Under the pieces are notes generated by a model. That model had not been told where the DNA came from. It made no database searches and was given only the letters and a program-made list of their open reading frames with translations. A stretch of DNA of 64,000 bases from Myxococcota bacterium (GTDB lineage Bacteria; Myxococcota_A; UBA796; CAJQPC01). A program made the translations under genes and the position numbers. The stretch's first letter is position 1. Each line of letters begins with the position of its first letter. Location: positions 64,001 through 128,000 of the forward strand of contig DASCPX010000027.1 of assembly GCA_036012755.1 (NCBI GenBank). The letters run 5' to 3'. Positions 17,487-27,052 of the stretch are shown one piece after another.

Positions 17487-18845
17487 TCAGAGCAGCTCTG
17501 CAGCGCGCTCGGCGAGCTCTGAGCGCTCTCCCTTTCGCAGGGTGATGTGTCCAGCGATGGGCGTCCCCTTGAAGCGCTCGACGACGTAGGTCAGGCCGTT
17601 CGAGGTCGCGTCCACGTAGGGGTTGTCGATCTGGTTGGGGTCTCCGGTCAGGACCACCTTGGTGCCCTCGCCGGCCCGGGTGATGACGGTCTTGACCTCG
17701 TGGGGCGTGAGGTTCTGGGCTTCATCGACGATGAAGTACTGGCGCGGCATGGAGCGCCCGCGGATGTAGGTGAGCGGCTCGATCTCGATGATCCCCTGGT
17801 CCAACAGCGGCTGGTAGCTGGGCACGCGTCCGCCGCGGGAGGCGCCCTCGTCCTGGCTCCCGAGCAAGAGCTCGAGGTTGTCGAAGATGGGCTTCATCCA
17901 GGGGTTCAGCTTCTCGTTGAGATCACCTGGGAGGTAGCCGAGGTCGCGCCCGAGGGGGAAGATGGGGCGGCTCACGACCAGGCGGCGGAAGGTGCGCTCG
18001 TCCGCGGTCTTGCGGAGCCCGCAGGCGATGGCGAGCAGGGTCTTGCCGGTGCCCGCCACGCCGTCGAGGGTGACGAGGTTGACGCTGTCGTCGAGCAGGA
18101 GCTCCAACGCGAAGAGCTGCTCCTTGTTCCGCGCGAAGATGCCCCAGATGCCTTCCTTGTAGCGGCCGACCAGCTTCAGCCGACCGTTGCGTCCGTCGAA
18201 GCGTGCCATCGCGCTCTGGTTCGGCTGGTCCTCGGCGAGGAGGATGACGAACTGGTTGGCGTGGAGGCCCGGGTCGTCCTCCCACGCGATCCAGCCCTTG
18301 TTGTAGAGGGCGTCGATGAGCTCGCCGGGGACCTTGCGCTCGGTGACGCCGCGGTACTGCTCGCCGTCGAAGTCGATGTGGGCGTTCTCGTAGTCCTCTG
18401 CCCGGATTCCGAGGGCGTCCGCCTTGATGCGCATGTTCGTGTCGCGAGTGACGAACACGACCTCGCAGTCGCTCTGGGCGTGGAGGCTCTTGACGGTCGA
18501 GAGGATGGTGTTGTCGTTGCTCCGACGCCCGAAACCGGGAGGCAGGACGCCCTCCTCCGGCGCGAGGCAGATGCGGAGCGTGCCGCCTGCGTCGGTCAGA
18601 TCGATGCCCTCTGACAGCGAACCCTTCGCGCGCAGCGAGTCCAGGTGGCGCGACACGTGGCGCGCGTTCCTCCCGGTCTCCGAGAGCTCCTTCTTGAAGC
18701 CATCGACCTCTTCGATGACCGTGATGGGGATCGCGACGTCGTGCTCCTTGAAGACGAACAGGGAGTTCGGGTCGTACAGCAGGACGTTGGTGTCCAGGAC
18801 GAAGAGACGGCGTTGGCCGTCCGGCTTGGCGAGTGAGTCGACCAC
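17487..18845 (-). CDS. PIN-PhoH family protein (PhoH2/YlaK-like)
   Basis: VLDTNVLLYDP PIN domain; G.AGTGKT, LGYLPG, YIRGRS, DEAQN, TRAGEG, GDPNQID. Confidence 0.95.
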   Translation of the reverse strand: MVDSLAKPDGQRRLFVLDTNVLLYDPNSLFVFKEHDVAIPITVIEEVDGFKKELSETGRNARHVSRHLDSLRAKGSLSEGIDLTDAGGTLRICLAPEEGVLPPGFGRRSNDNTILSTVKSLHAQSDCEVVFVTRDTNMRIKADALGIRAEDYENAHIDFDGEQYRGVTERKVPGELIDALYNKGWIAWEDDPGLHANQFVILLAEDQPNQSAMARFDGRNGRLKLVGRYKEGIWGIFARNKEQLFALELLLDDSVNLVTLDGVAGTGKTLLAIACGLRKTADERTFRRLVVSRPIFPLGRDLGYLPGDLNEKLNPWMKPIFDNLELLLGSQDEGASRGGRVPSYQPLLDQGIIEIEPLTYIRGRSMPRQYFIVDEAQNLTPHEVKTVITRAGEGTKVVLTGDPNQIDNPYVDATSNGLTYVVERFKGTPIAGHITLRKGERSELAERAAELL

Positions 18846-18906
18846 GGGATGGGCCTCTGGGTTCCTCGGGACGAGGAGACCGCCGGGGGACGGCGGTGAG
18901 GGGGGT

Positions 18907-19581
18907 TCAGGGCACGCTCAGCGTGAACTGCTGGGCGGTCCCGGCGGGATCGTCGCTGGCGCGACGGCTGAAGGTGATGGAAGGGGGGGCTAGCTCCAGG
19001 GTACCGGCGACGTTGTTGCCCGCTCCAATGTAGAGCTCCAGCAGACCGCCGCCAGGTTCTCCCGGACGAGCGTTGAAGTTGACGACGTTGTCGCCAGGCA
19101 GGAGGAAGGCGCTGATGTCGAGCATCAGCTGGGCATCACCGGAGACGACGGTCGCCACTGGCTGACCGCCGATGAACACGTCCACTGCCTGTCCGGTGGA
19201 GCCGTTGTCCTGGCTGACCAGCCACCAGCTCTCCGGCGGGATCGCCTGCTGCGGTGGAGCCACGACCGGTGCGATCTCCGGGGTGAGCTCGGCGACCGGC
19301 GCGCTGACGGGCGACTCGGGCTCGACAGGCTCGACAGGCTCGACAGGCTCGACAGGCTCGACAGGCTCGGGGGCCGGTGGCTCAGGCGCTGCCGGCCGGG
19401 ATGCCGCTGGCTCCGTGGAGATGATCTCGATGCTGTAGCGGGGCGCGTCGATGTACACGTCCCCGTTTCCGTCGATCCTGACGTCCACGCTCGACAGCTC
19501 GAAGTTGGTCAGGCCATTGGCCTGGACTCCGTTGATGTAGACGTTGCCGGCAGAAGCCAGCGATGCCGCGAGGAGCAGCAT
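18907..19581 (-). CDS. Exported hypothetical protein with Pro/Glu-rich linker
   Basis: Short signal MLLLAASLASA; (EPV)n linker between two beta-rich domains. Confidence 0.7.
   Translation of the reverse strand: MLLLAASLASAGNVYINGVQANGLTNFELSSVDVRIDGNGDVYIDAPRYSIEIISTEPAASRPAAPEPPAPEPVEPVEPVEPVEPVEPESPVSAPVAELTPEIAPVVAPPQQAIPPESWWLVSQDNGSTGQAVDVFIGGQPVATVVSGDAQLMLDISAFLLPGDNVVNFNARPGEPGGGLLELYIGAGNNVAGTLELAPPSITFSRRASDDPAGTAQQFTLSVP
19319..19369. repeat. 9-bp tandem repeat (GGCTCGACA) x5 plus a partial copy, encoding the EPV linker
   Basis: Read directly from the sequence. Confidence 0.95.
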
Positions 19582-19587
19582 CAGGGA

Positions 19588-19869
19588 CTACGTCTCACCG
19601 TTGACGCGGAGACGCAGCTCCTTCCCGACCTTGAAGACCGGGAGGATCTTCGGGCGCACCTCGATCGACGCGCTCGTCTTGGGGTTTCGTCCCGTGTAGC
19701 CGCCGTAGTGGCGCGTCTTGAAGGTGCCGAAGCCACGGATCTCGATGCGCTCGCCGTTGCAGAGGGCGTCGCGCATCCCGTCGAAAATCAGATTCACGAC
19801 CTCTTCGGCCGTGCGGCGCGGGAGGCTCCGGGTGGCGGCCACCCTGTCGATCAACTCAGACTTGGTCAT
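19588..19869 (-). CDS. ihfB: Integration host factor beta / HU family
   Basis: MTKSELI, GERIEIRGFGTF, YTGRNPKT, P.FK.GKELR.RVN. Confidence 0.9.
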   Translation of the reverse strand: MTKSELIDRVAATRSLPRRTAEEVVNLIFDGMRDALCNGERIEIRGFGTFKTRHYGGYTGRNPKTSASIEVRPKILPVFKVGKELRLRVNGET

Positions 19870-19919
19870 GTTCCCTTCTGGGCGGCTGGATGTACTTGGA
19901 ATCCTACACCAAATATCAA

Positions 19920-21113
19920 TCAGCCGCTGTCGGCAGCGCCCTCGACGGGGGCCCCGTCCTCTGGCCCGACACTTGGCGCGAGCCAGCGGAAGAGCACCGG
20001 CTTCACCCTCTCCATCACGAGGATGCTCGGTGTGGCGATGAAGATGGTGCTGTAGGTACCGACGAAAACGCCGATGAGGAGCGCCAGCGCGAAGGTCCTG
20101 ATCACGGGCCCGCCCAGGAAGAGCAGCGGGAGGATGGCCAGGCCCGTGGTGATCGAGGTGGCGAGCGTGCGGCCGAGGGTCTCGTTGATCGAGTCGTTGA
20201 TCAACTTCACCGTCTCCGACTTTCGGTAGCGCTTCATGTTCTCGCGCACCCTGTCGTAGATGACGATGGTGTCGTTGAGCGAGTACCCGATGATGGTCAA
20301 CAGCGCGCCGATCATCGACAGGTTCAACTCCTCCCCGATCAAGGTGAAGATGCCGACCGTGATGGCCACGTCGTGGACCAGGGCGAGCACCGCACCCGGC
20401 GCGAAGACCAGGTCGAAGCGGAAGGCGATGTAGAGGAGGATGAAGGCGATGGTGGCGCCCATCGCGAGGAGACCCTGGGTGCGCAGGTCCCCACCGACCT
20501 TGGGACCGACGGCGTCGACCTTGGGCACGGTGAAGGTCTTGCCAACGAACTCGCTGGCGATGCTCTCCTTCACCTGAGAGGACAGGTTCGTGAGCTTCAC
20601 CTGGAAGGTGTTGTCCTCTGCGAAGGTGGTCGCCTCGGCGCCGTCTACGACGCCGGCGAGGGCCGCGTTGAGCGCCGTGAGGTCGACCTCCACACCTGGC
20701 GTGTGTTCGACGATCACTCGGGCCCCGACCTGGGCGTCCATGCGCGATGCCTGGATGAAGTCCCCACCGTAGCGCTCGCCGATGACGTGCTCGACCTCGC
20801 TCTTGAGCTCCTCTGTACCGAAGGTCGCGTCGCGGACGCGGATGCTGTAGGTGTAGTCCTCTTCGGCGTTGATCTGCTGCACCGAGTCGTCGGAGAGGCC
20901 GAGCTTGCCAACGGCCGAGCGAACCTCTGCGATGTCGGTCGGCTCCTCGAAGTCGACGACGATCTCCATTCCGCCGGTGAAGTCGATGCCCCAGTTCGGC
21001 TCCATGAAGATGAATGTGACGACGGAGAGCGAGACGAGCAACAGCGAGAGAGCGCCGAAGATGTAGCGCTTGCCTAGGAAGTCGACGTCGCTCTTGGGCT
21101 TCAGGAAGTTCAT
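19920..21113 (-). CDS. secF: Protein translocase subunit SecF
   Basis: GIDFTGG, VGPKVG, HDV, GYSLNDTIVIYDRVREN, GTYSTIFIA. Confidence 0.97.
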   Translation of the reverse strand: MNFLKPKSDVDFLGKRYIFGALSLLLVSLSVVTFIFMEPNWGIDFTGGMEIVVDFEEPTDIAEVRSAVGKLGLSDDSVQQINAEEDYTYSIRVRDATFGTEELKSEVEHVIGERYGGDFIQASRMDAQVGARVIVEHTPGVEVDLTALNAALAGVVDGAEATTFAEDNTFQVKLTNLSSQVKESIASEFVGKTFTVPKVDAVGPKVGGDLRTQGLLAMGATIAFILLYIAFRFDLVFAPGAVLALVHDVAITVGIFTLIGEELNLSMIGALLTIIGYSLNDTIVIYDRVRENMKRYRKSETVKLINDSINETLGRTLATSITTGLAILPLLFLGGPVIRTFALALLIGVFVGTYSTIFIATPSILVMERVKPVLFRWLAPSVGPEDGAPVEGAADSG

Positions 21114-21122
21114 CGCGCTTTC

Positions 21123-22883
21123 CTAGAACGCCAGCTTCGCCGTGGACTTCCGGACGACGAAGTCCATGAAGGTCCGAGAGACGAAGATCGCGGTGAAGAG
21201 GGTCGTCAGGATGCCGATGAGCAGCGTGACCGCGAAGCCCTTGATGGGTCCCGTGCCGTAGCTGTAGAGCACCACCCCGGCGATGCCGGTGGTGATGTTG
21301 GCGTCGAGGACGGCGGAGAGCGCGTGCTGGTAGCCGGCGTCGACGGCGGAGCGCGCGTTCTTGCCGACCGCCAGCTCCTCCCGGATGCGCTCGTAGATGA
21401 TGATGTTCGCGTCGACGGCCATACCGACCGTCAGCACGATGCCGGCGATGCCAGGCAGGGTCAGCGTCGCGCCGAAGGCCGCGAGCATGGCCATGACGAA
21501 GAAGACGTTCAGGATGAGCGCCATGTTCGCGACGATGCCGGGCTTTCGGTAGTAGAAGAGCATCGCGAAGATGACCAACAGGCCGCCGATGAGCGTGGCG
21601 TTCCGGCCAGCCTCGATGCTGTCCTGACCCAGCTGCGGTCCGACGAGACGTACATCGCCCATGCTGACCGGGGCTGGCAGAGCCCCCGTCCGCAAGACCA
21701 TGGCCAGCACTCGGGCATCGTCCTGAGCGGAGCCACCGGAGGCCCCCATCGAGATCTGGGCCCTGCCGCCACCGATGCGCTCGTTGATGGTGGGCGCCGA
21801 GCGGACCTTGCGGTCGAGCACGATGGCGAAGCGCTTGCCGACGTTGTCGCCGGTGAGGTCGCCGAAGCGCTGCGCGCCGGCAGGCTTGAACTGCAACAGC
21901 ACGACCGGGCGGTTGAACTGGTCCCAGCCGGTCTGGGCGTCGTTGACGTCGTCGCCTTCCAGCTCGACCCGGTCCAGCAGCACCAAGGGCCGGGAGCGCA
22001 CGAGGTTGCCCTCCTGGTCCTCCTCGTACTCCCAGAGGACTCGGTTGTTCCTTCCGATCCGTCCAGAAACCGACAGCCACTCGTTCAACAGCTCGTCGTC
22101 GAGAAAGTCCTCTTCGGTCATCGCGTCCTGCGCGTCGAGGACGGCGTCCTCCAGAGCGGCCTGCTCGAAGTCTTCGTCGACCATGAAGAACTCGAGCTTC
22201 GCGGTCGTCCCGATGGCCTGCTTGGCCATGTCGAGGTCGGCGACTCCGGGAAGCTGCACGTTGATCCGCCGGTCGCCCTTGCGGACGATGCTCGGCTCCT
22301 TCACGCCGGTCTCGTTCACCCGGTTGCGGAGCGTCTCGAGGGCCTGCTCGAGCGCTTGGTTCTTGATCTCGTCCGCCCGCTCGTCCGTGAGCCGGAAGGT
22401 GTGGGCGCCGGTCTCCTGGGAGACGCTGTACTTGTACTGGGGCAGCCCTCGCGTCGTGCGGAAGCGCGTGGACATCAAGTCCTGGAGGGTGGCCAGGTTC
22501 TCCTCGCTGACCATGACCTCCAGCTCGGGCTCGCCGCGGACGCGCCGAACGTCCTCGATCTCGAGGCCTTCGCGCTCGGCGACGTCCCAGACCGACTGCA
22601 CGTCGCGGCTGACGGTGGCGAGGATGGCCTCGTCGACGTCGACATCGAGGGTCAGGTCGATGCCGCCTTGGAGATCGAGGCCGAGGACCAGGACCGTGTC
22701 GGGCAACAGCGCCCGCCATCCGGTCTCCTCGACCTCCTCGGAGGTCCCCTCGTCGAAGCTCTGCGCCGCGTCGGCGGCGGCTTGGTCCGCGTCCTGCAGG
22801 AAGGTCGGCAGCAGGCTGTAGATCGACCCGAGCAGGGCAAGGATGATCACTCCCATGCGAATCCACCAGGAACCGCCCATCAC
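21123..22883 (-). CDS. secD: Protein translocase subunit SecD
   Basis: LGLDLQGG, GVKEP, I.VQLPG, LRTGALPAP, TLPGIAG, GMAVDANIIIYERIREE. Confidence 0.97.
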   Translation of the reverse strand: MMGGSWWIRMGVIILALLGSIYSLLPTFLQDADQAAADAAQSFDEGTSEEVEETGWRALLPDTVLVLGLDLQGGIDLTLDVDVDEAILATVSRDVQSVWDVAEREGLEIEDVRRVRGEPELEVMVSEENLATLQDLMSTRFRTTRGLPQYKYSVSQETGAHTFRLTDERADEIKNQALEQALETLRNRVNETGVKEPSIVRKGDRRINVQLPGVADLDMAKQAIGTTAKLEFFMVDEDFEQAALEDAVLDAQDAMTEEDFLDDELLNEWLSVSGRIGRNNRVLWEYEEDQEGNLVRSRPLVLLDRVELEGDDVNDAQTGWDQFNRPVVLLQFKPAGAQRFGDLTGDNVGKRFAIVLDRKVRSAPTINERIGGGRAQISMGASGGSAQDDARVLAMVLRTGALPAPVSMGDVRLVGPQLGQDSIEAGRNATLIGGLLVIFAMLFYYRKPGIVANMALILNVFFVMAMLAAFGATLTLPGIAGIVLTVGMAVDANIIIYERIREELAVGKNARSAVDAGYQHALSAVLDANITTGIAGVVLYSYGTGPIKGFAVTLLIGILTTLFTAIFVSRTFMDFVVRKSTAKLAF

Positions 22884-23236
22884 TTCCCTCCCTTGCTCGA
22901 AGCCTCGTCCTCGTCCGAGCGGTCCACCGCCTGGATCGACTCCTTCTTGAACCGGATGCGGGTCCTCTCCGAGACCTGCACCACGACCTCCGACTCGCGG
23001 ACCTCGTGGACGACGCCGCAGATGCCGCCCTCGCTGACGACGTCATCCCCCTTCTTCATGGTGGCGAGGAGCTGCTCGTGCTCCTTGCGCGCCTTGGTCT
23101 GTGGGCGGATGACGAGGAGGTAGAAGACGCCGACGATGAGGGCGAGCAGGCCGATGCTGCTGTAGTCGCAGCCCCCGCCAGAGCTGCCTGCTGCCGCTGC
23201 GTCCTGGGCCCAGGCTTGGGTGAACAACCACATCAT
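22880..23236 (-). CDS. yajC: Preprotein translocase subunit YajC
   Basis: FYLLVIRPQ, KKGDDVV..GGI.G; lies between tgt and secD. Confidence 0.93.
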   Translation of the reverse strand: MMWLFTQAWAQDAAAAGSSGGGCDYSSIGLLALIVGVFYLLVIRPQTKARKEHEQLLATMKKGDDVVSEGGICGVVHEVRESEVVVQVSERTRIRFKKESIQAVDRSDEDEASSKGGK

Positions 23237-24345
23237 CCGTCGGTCTCCCGGTACGGGCCGGACCAGCGCTCTGCGTCAGCCCGGAGCGCCACGAGCGCTG
23301 CGGGACCGGCATCGATGGCGTCTCTGATTCGGCGCATCAGTCGCTGGTAGAAGGCCAGGTTGTGAAGAGTGAAGAGCCTCGGCGCCAGCATGTCCTTCGA
23401 CCGATGCAGGTGCCTCAGGTAGGCCCGTGAGAAATGCCGGAGCGTGTAACACGGGTCCACGTCGACGGGGCGCGGATCTTCCTTGAATCGCGCGTGCTTG
23501 ATGGCCATGCGTCCGTGGTCCGTGAAGAGGTAGCCGAAGCGGGCGGTCCGGCTGGGCAGCACGCAGTCGAAGAGGTCCACTCCACTCATCACCGCGTCGA
23601 CGATGTCAACCGGGTAGCCCACACCCATGAGGTACCGGACCCGGTCCGAGGGCAGCTCCGAGGTGGTCACGTCCACCATCTCGAGGAGGCGCTCCCTCGG
23701 CTCGCCGACCGAGAGTCCGCCGATCGCGTAGCCGTCCAGGTCGAGCTCGACGAGCTCTCGAGCGTGATCTCGGCGGAGGTCCTCGTGGAAGCCCCCCTGC
23801 ACGATGCCGAAGAGCGCCGTGCGCTCGGGCTGTTTGCGGGCTGCCAGGCATCGCTTCAGCCACCGGGTGGTCCGTGCCGTCGAGCGCTCGACCCTGCGGC
23901 GCTTTGCCGGGTACTCGATGCACTCGTCCAGCGCCATCGCGACGTCGACGCCGAGGCTCTCCTGGATCTCGACGCACACCTCCGGCGTCATGAAGCGCCA
24001 CTGGCGGTCATAGGAGCTCAGGAACCGGACCCCGTCTTCCTTTGCCTTCGCCTTGTCCTTGAAGCTGAAGGCCTGGAAGCCGCCGCTGTCAGTGAGGATG
24101 GGCCCGTCCCAGCCCATCATGCGGTGCAGGCCGCCCAGGCGAGCCACGCGCTCGTGCCCGGGACGGACCCACAGGTGGAAGGTGTTCGCGAGCACCATCT
24201 CCGCGCCGATCTCGCCGCGCAGCTCGTCAGGGGTGATGCCCCTCACGAACCCGGCGGTGCCTACCGGCATGAAGGCGGGGGTCCGGACCTCACCGTGGGG
24301 GAGGCTCAGCACCCCCCGGCGAGCGCTGGCGGCCACGGCCTCCAC
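23233..24345 (-). CDS. tgt: tRNA-guanine transglycosylase
   Basis: TPAFMPVGT, LANTFHL, TDSGGFQ, GIVQGG, IGGLSVGE, YLMGVG, DCVLP, HNL. Start uncertain (GTG 24345 or ATG 24393/24411). Confidence 0.96.
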   Translation of the reverse strand: MEAVAASARRGVLSLPHGEVRTPAFMPVGTAGFVRGITPDELRGEIGAEMVLANTFHLWVRPGHERVARLGGLHRMMGWDGPILTDSGGFQAFSFKDKAKAKEDGVRFLSSYDRQWRFMTPEVCVEIQESLGVDVAMALDECIEYPAKRRRVERSTARTTRWLKRCLAARKQPERTALFGIVQGGFHEDLRRDHARELVELDLDGYAIGGLSVGEPRERLLEMVDVTTSELPSDRVRYLMGVGYPVDIVDAVMSGVDLFDCVLPSRTARFGYLFTDHGRMAIKHARFKEDPRPVDVDPCYTLRHFSRAYLRHLHRSKDMLAPRLFTLHNLAFYQRLMRRIRDAIDAGPAALVALRADAERWSGPYRETDG

Positions 24346-25327
24346 GCGGAAGGAGGAGCATCGCGTCGCCGTAGCTGTAGAAGCGGTAGGCATGGCGGAT
24401 GGCCTCGGCATATGCCCGAAGGACGCGCTCCCGGCCCCCGAACGCGCAGACCAGCAACAAGAGGCTGGAGCGCGGGAGGTGGAAGTTGGTCAGCAGCGCA
24501 TCGACGAGGCGGAAGCTGTGTCCGGGTCGAATCAACAGGCGGGTAACGCCGGAGGTCGCCCGGAGCACGCCGTCGACACAGGCGCTCTCCAGGGTGCGCG
24601 TCACGGTGGTTCCGACAGCCACGACACGACCGCGACAGCTGTTGACCTTGTCCGCCGTCTCCTCTGGGACCACGAAGCGCTCGGGATGGAGCTCGCCCCG
24701 CTCGAGGTCCTCTGGGCGCAGGTTCCGGAAGGTGCCGGCTCCGACGTGCAGGGTGACGCGAGCGAGATCGACCTGGCGGTCCGCGAGCTGGGCGAGGACG
24801 TCCTCGCTGAGGTGCAGTCCGGCGGTCGGGGCCGCCACCGCGCCCGGATGCTCGGCGAAGACGGTCTGGTAGCGCTCGCGGTCGGCGGGCTCGGCGGGCC
24901 TGCCCAGATAGGGCGGCAGTGGGACCTCTCCGTGTTCGGCCATGAGCACCTCCGCGGAGGGTTCACAGCGCACCTCGAAGAACTCCTCGTCTCGCCCGAT
25001 CAGCTCGATGACCCCTCGCTCGCCGACGCGGAGGACCTCTCCTCTTCGGAGCTTTCGGGCAGGCCGGCACATCGCCCTGTGCTCGCCGAGCAGGAAGACC
25101 TCGACGCGGCCGCCGGTCGCCCGGCGCGCCAACAACCGCGCGTGGTCGACCCTGGTGTCGTTCACGACGAGGAGATCTCCCGGTCCGAGCAGCGCAGCCA
25201 GGTCGCAAACGGTGCGGTGGCGAAGCCCCTCGTCGAGGACAAGCAGTCGGCCGCCATCGCGTCGCTCGGGCGGATGCGTGGCGACGAGCCCCGGGGGCAG
25301 TTCGTAGTTGGGAAGATCGGTGAGCAC
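24290..25327 (-). CDS. queA: S-adenosylmethionine:tRNA ribosyltransferase-isomerase
   Basis: VVNDTRV, PLPPY, RYQTVFA, AAPTAGLH, TLHVGAGTF, VGTT, TNFHLP.S, YRFYSYGDAM. Confidence 0.96.
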   Translation of the reverse strand: MLTDLPNYELPPGLVATHPPERRDGGRLLVLDEGLRHRTVCDLAALLGPGDLLVVNDTRVDHARLLARRATGGRVEVFLLGEHRAMCRPARKLRRGEVLRVGERGVIELIGRDEEFFEVRCEPSAEVLMAEHGEVPLPPYLGRPAEPADRERYQTVFAEHPGAVAAPTAGLHLSEDVLAQLADRQVDLARVTLHVGAGTFRNLRPEDLERGELHPERFVVPEETADKVNSCRGRVVAVGTTVTRTLESACVDGVLRATSGVTRLLIRPGHSFRLVDALLTNFHLPRSSLLLLVCAFGGRERVLRAYAEAIRHAYRFYSYGDAMLLLPRGGRGRQRSPGGAEPPPR

Positions 25328-25392
25328 GAGCCTGCACCAGAGACGACGAAGGGCCCCGGCGGGGCCCACTGCTCACTGGTAGCGCGACAGCG

Positions 25393-25602
25393 TCAGCGGC
25401 GGCGACGCATCCGCACGAACTGGGTGTCCTTCTCCGAGTCGCGGTCGGCCTGGCGTGGGGGCGCGGGGATCCGGCGAAGCTCGACGGACTGCGGCGCGTC
25501 GATGCAGAGTCGCACCCAGTTGCCCTTGATGCGCTTGATGTAGATGCGAACGTCGTCTCCGACCTGCAGGATCTCGCCTTCTTTCTGTGTGAGAACGAGC
25601 AT
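25393..25602 (-). CDS. csrA: Carbon storage regulator CsrA-like protein (divergent)
   Basis: MLVLTQKEGE.LQVGDDV.I.....GN.VRL.IDAP..V.L.R; purine-rich RBS (AGGGAG) upstream. Confidence 0.8.
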   Translation of the reverse strand: MLVLTQKEGEILQVGDDVRIYIKRIKGNWVRLCIDAPQSVELRRIPAPPRQADRDSEKDTQFVRMRRRR

Positions 25603-25700
25603 TCGGATCTCCCTGTTCGCAGGCTGGGCCAACTGCACATTACATCGGAATATGGGGTAGCCCGCATTAGACAGTCAAAATTCTCCAAGCTGGAGAGGGT

Positions 25701-26687
25701 ATGAAGCCAACACGGGTGGTGCGGAGAGCACGAAAGAAGGCCGAAGAGCCCGTTGCCGACGACGTGTCCGAGGTCGAAGAGGTTCCAGCGGCGCCGCTCC
25801 CGGGTCAGGACCCTGTAAGGGAACCCACGATCGACGCTGGCGCGCTGGAGCAGCTGGCCGCCATGGATGACGACGCCTTCGCCCGCGCCATGGCTGGACT
25901 GGCGCCCCCACCTTCCCGTCGTCAGCTCGCGCCCGGTGACGAGGTCGAGGGCCACATCGTCGGTTTCTCGGACACTGACGCCTTCATCGACATCGGCGCC
26001 AAGTCAGAGGCCAGCATCGCTCGCGAGGACATCGGTGATGCTGCCCTCGGCGACTCCGTGACAGCGACGGTCCTGGAGATCACGTCGCGAGGGGTTCGAA
26101 TCGGCAAGCGACTCCGCGGCGGCGATGCGCTCTTGCACCTCGAAGCCGCGATGGCCTCCGGCGTCCCAGTGGAGGGGCGCGTCGTAGAGAGGAACAAGGG
26201 GGGCTTCGTGGTGGCGATCGGGAGCCTGCGCGCGTTCTGCCCCGTGTCACGCATCGCTGTGCGCCCGGGCGACGATCTCGACGCCTGGTTGGGCCGAACC
26301 CTCGACTTCCGCGTGGTCGAGCTCGACGGAAGAGACGTCGTGCTCGACCGGCGCGCCATCGCGGAGGAGGAAGAGAAGGAGCAGGCGCTCGCCCTCTGGC
26401 GCGAGCTGGCACCAGGTCAACGGCGCAACGGCGTCGTGGAGAGTCTCCACGACTTCGGCCTGTTCGTGGACCTCGGGGGCGTACGGGGCCTCGTGCCGCG
26501 CGGCGAGCTGGGAGAGGAGACGCCTCCCGCCGGCGAGGAGGTCGAGGTGCGCGTCGTGCGCGTCGACCAGGCGCGCGAGCGCGTCACCCTGGCGCTGCGC
26601 GGTGAGCGCCCGGTGGGCGATGGCCCGGCCGTGAGCCTCGGGAGCATGGCGGAGGCCTTCGCTCGGGCGAAGACCAGGAAGAGCTAG
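25701..26687 (+). CDS. S1 RNA-binding domain protein (ribosomal protein S1-like, about 3 S1 domains)
   Basis: FIDIGAKSEA, VEGRV..RNKGGF.V....RAFCPVS, DFGLFVDLGGV.GLVP. Confidence 0.88.
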   Translation: MKPTRVVRRARKKAEEPVADDVSEVEEVPAAPLPGQDPVREPTIDAGALEQLAAMDDDAFARAMAGLAPPPSRRQLAPGDEVEGHIVGFSDTDAFIDIGAKSEASIAREDIGDAALGDSVTATVLEITSRGVRIGKRLRGGDALLHLEAAMASGVPVEGRVVERNKGGFVVAIGSLRAFCPVSRIAVRPGDDLDAWLGRTLDFRVVELDGRDVVLDRRAIAEEEEKEQALALWRELAPGQRRNGVVESLHDFGLFVDLGGVRGLVPRGELGEETPPAGEEVEVRVVRVDQARERVTLALRGERPVGDGPAVSLGSMAEAFARAKTRKS

Positions 26688-27052
26688 GGACTTGCTGGAG
26701 TTCCGGGCCTGGGCTCGAGGCTTTGCTCCAGGTGCAGCTGGAGACCCTCGATGTCGGCTGAGTTGACGGCGAGGGGCTCGGGCCAGATGGTCTGGGCGTC
26801 GGTCTCGCTGACGCCGTCGCGGTCCGGGTCGTGGGCAGCGCGCACGCTCACGGTTCCGATGCGCGCCCTGACCTGCACCTCGAAGGGGCCGTTTCCGCTC
26901 TCTACGACCGCACTGCCGGCGAGCAACGGCGGGCCGGAACTCTCGATGAGCAGCACCTCGACGACGACAGGGCCGACACCGGAGTAGCGCACGTCACCCC
27001 GGATGGACACGGTGTCCTGGGCAAGCGCCTGCGCCAACAGCAAGTGCATCAT
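26684..27052 (-). CDS. Exported hypothetical protein
   Basis: ATGA overlap with the udg stop; MMHLLLAQALA signal; D.DRDG loop. Confidence 0.6.
   Translation of the reverse strand: MMHLLLAQALAQDTVSIRGDVRYSGVGPVVVEVLLIESSGPPLLAGSAVVESGNGPFEVQVRARIGTVSVRAAHDPDRDGVSETDAQTIWPEPLAVNSADIEGLQLHLEQSLEPRPGTPASP

Noticed and set aside
19588..23046. 1152-aa ORF ending in an IHF domain
   Set aside because: Off-frame Arg/Gly/Pro-rich shadow of secD/secF; only the last 93 codons (from ATG 19869) form the real ihfB.
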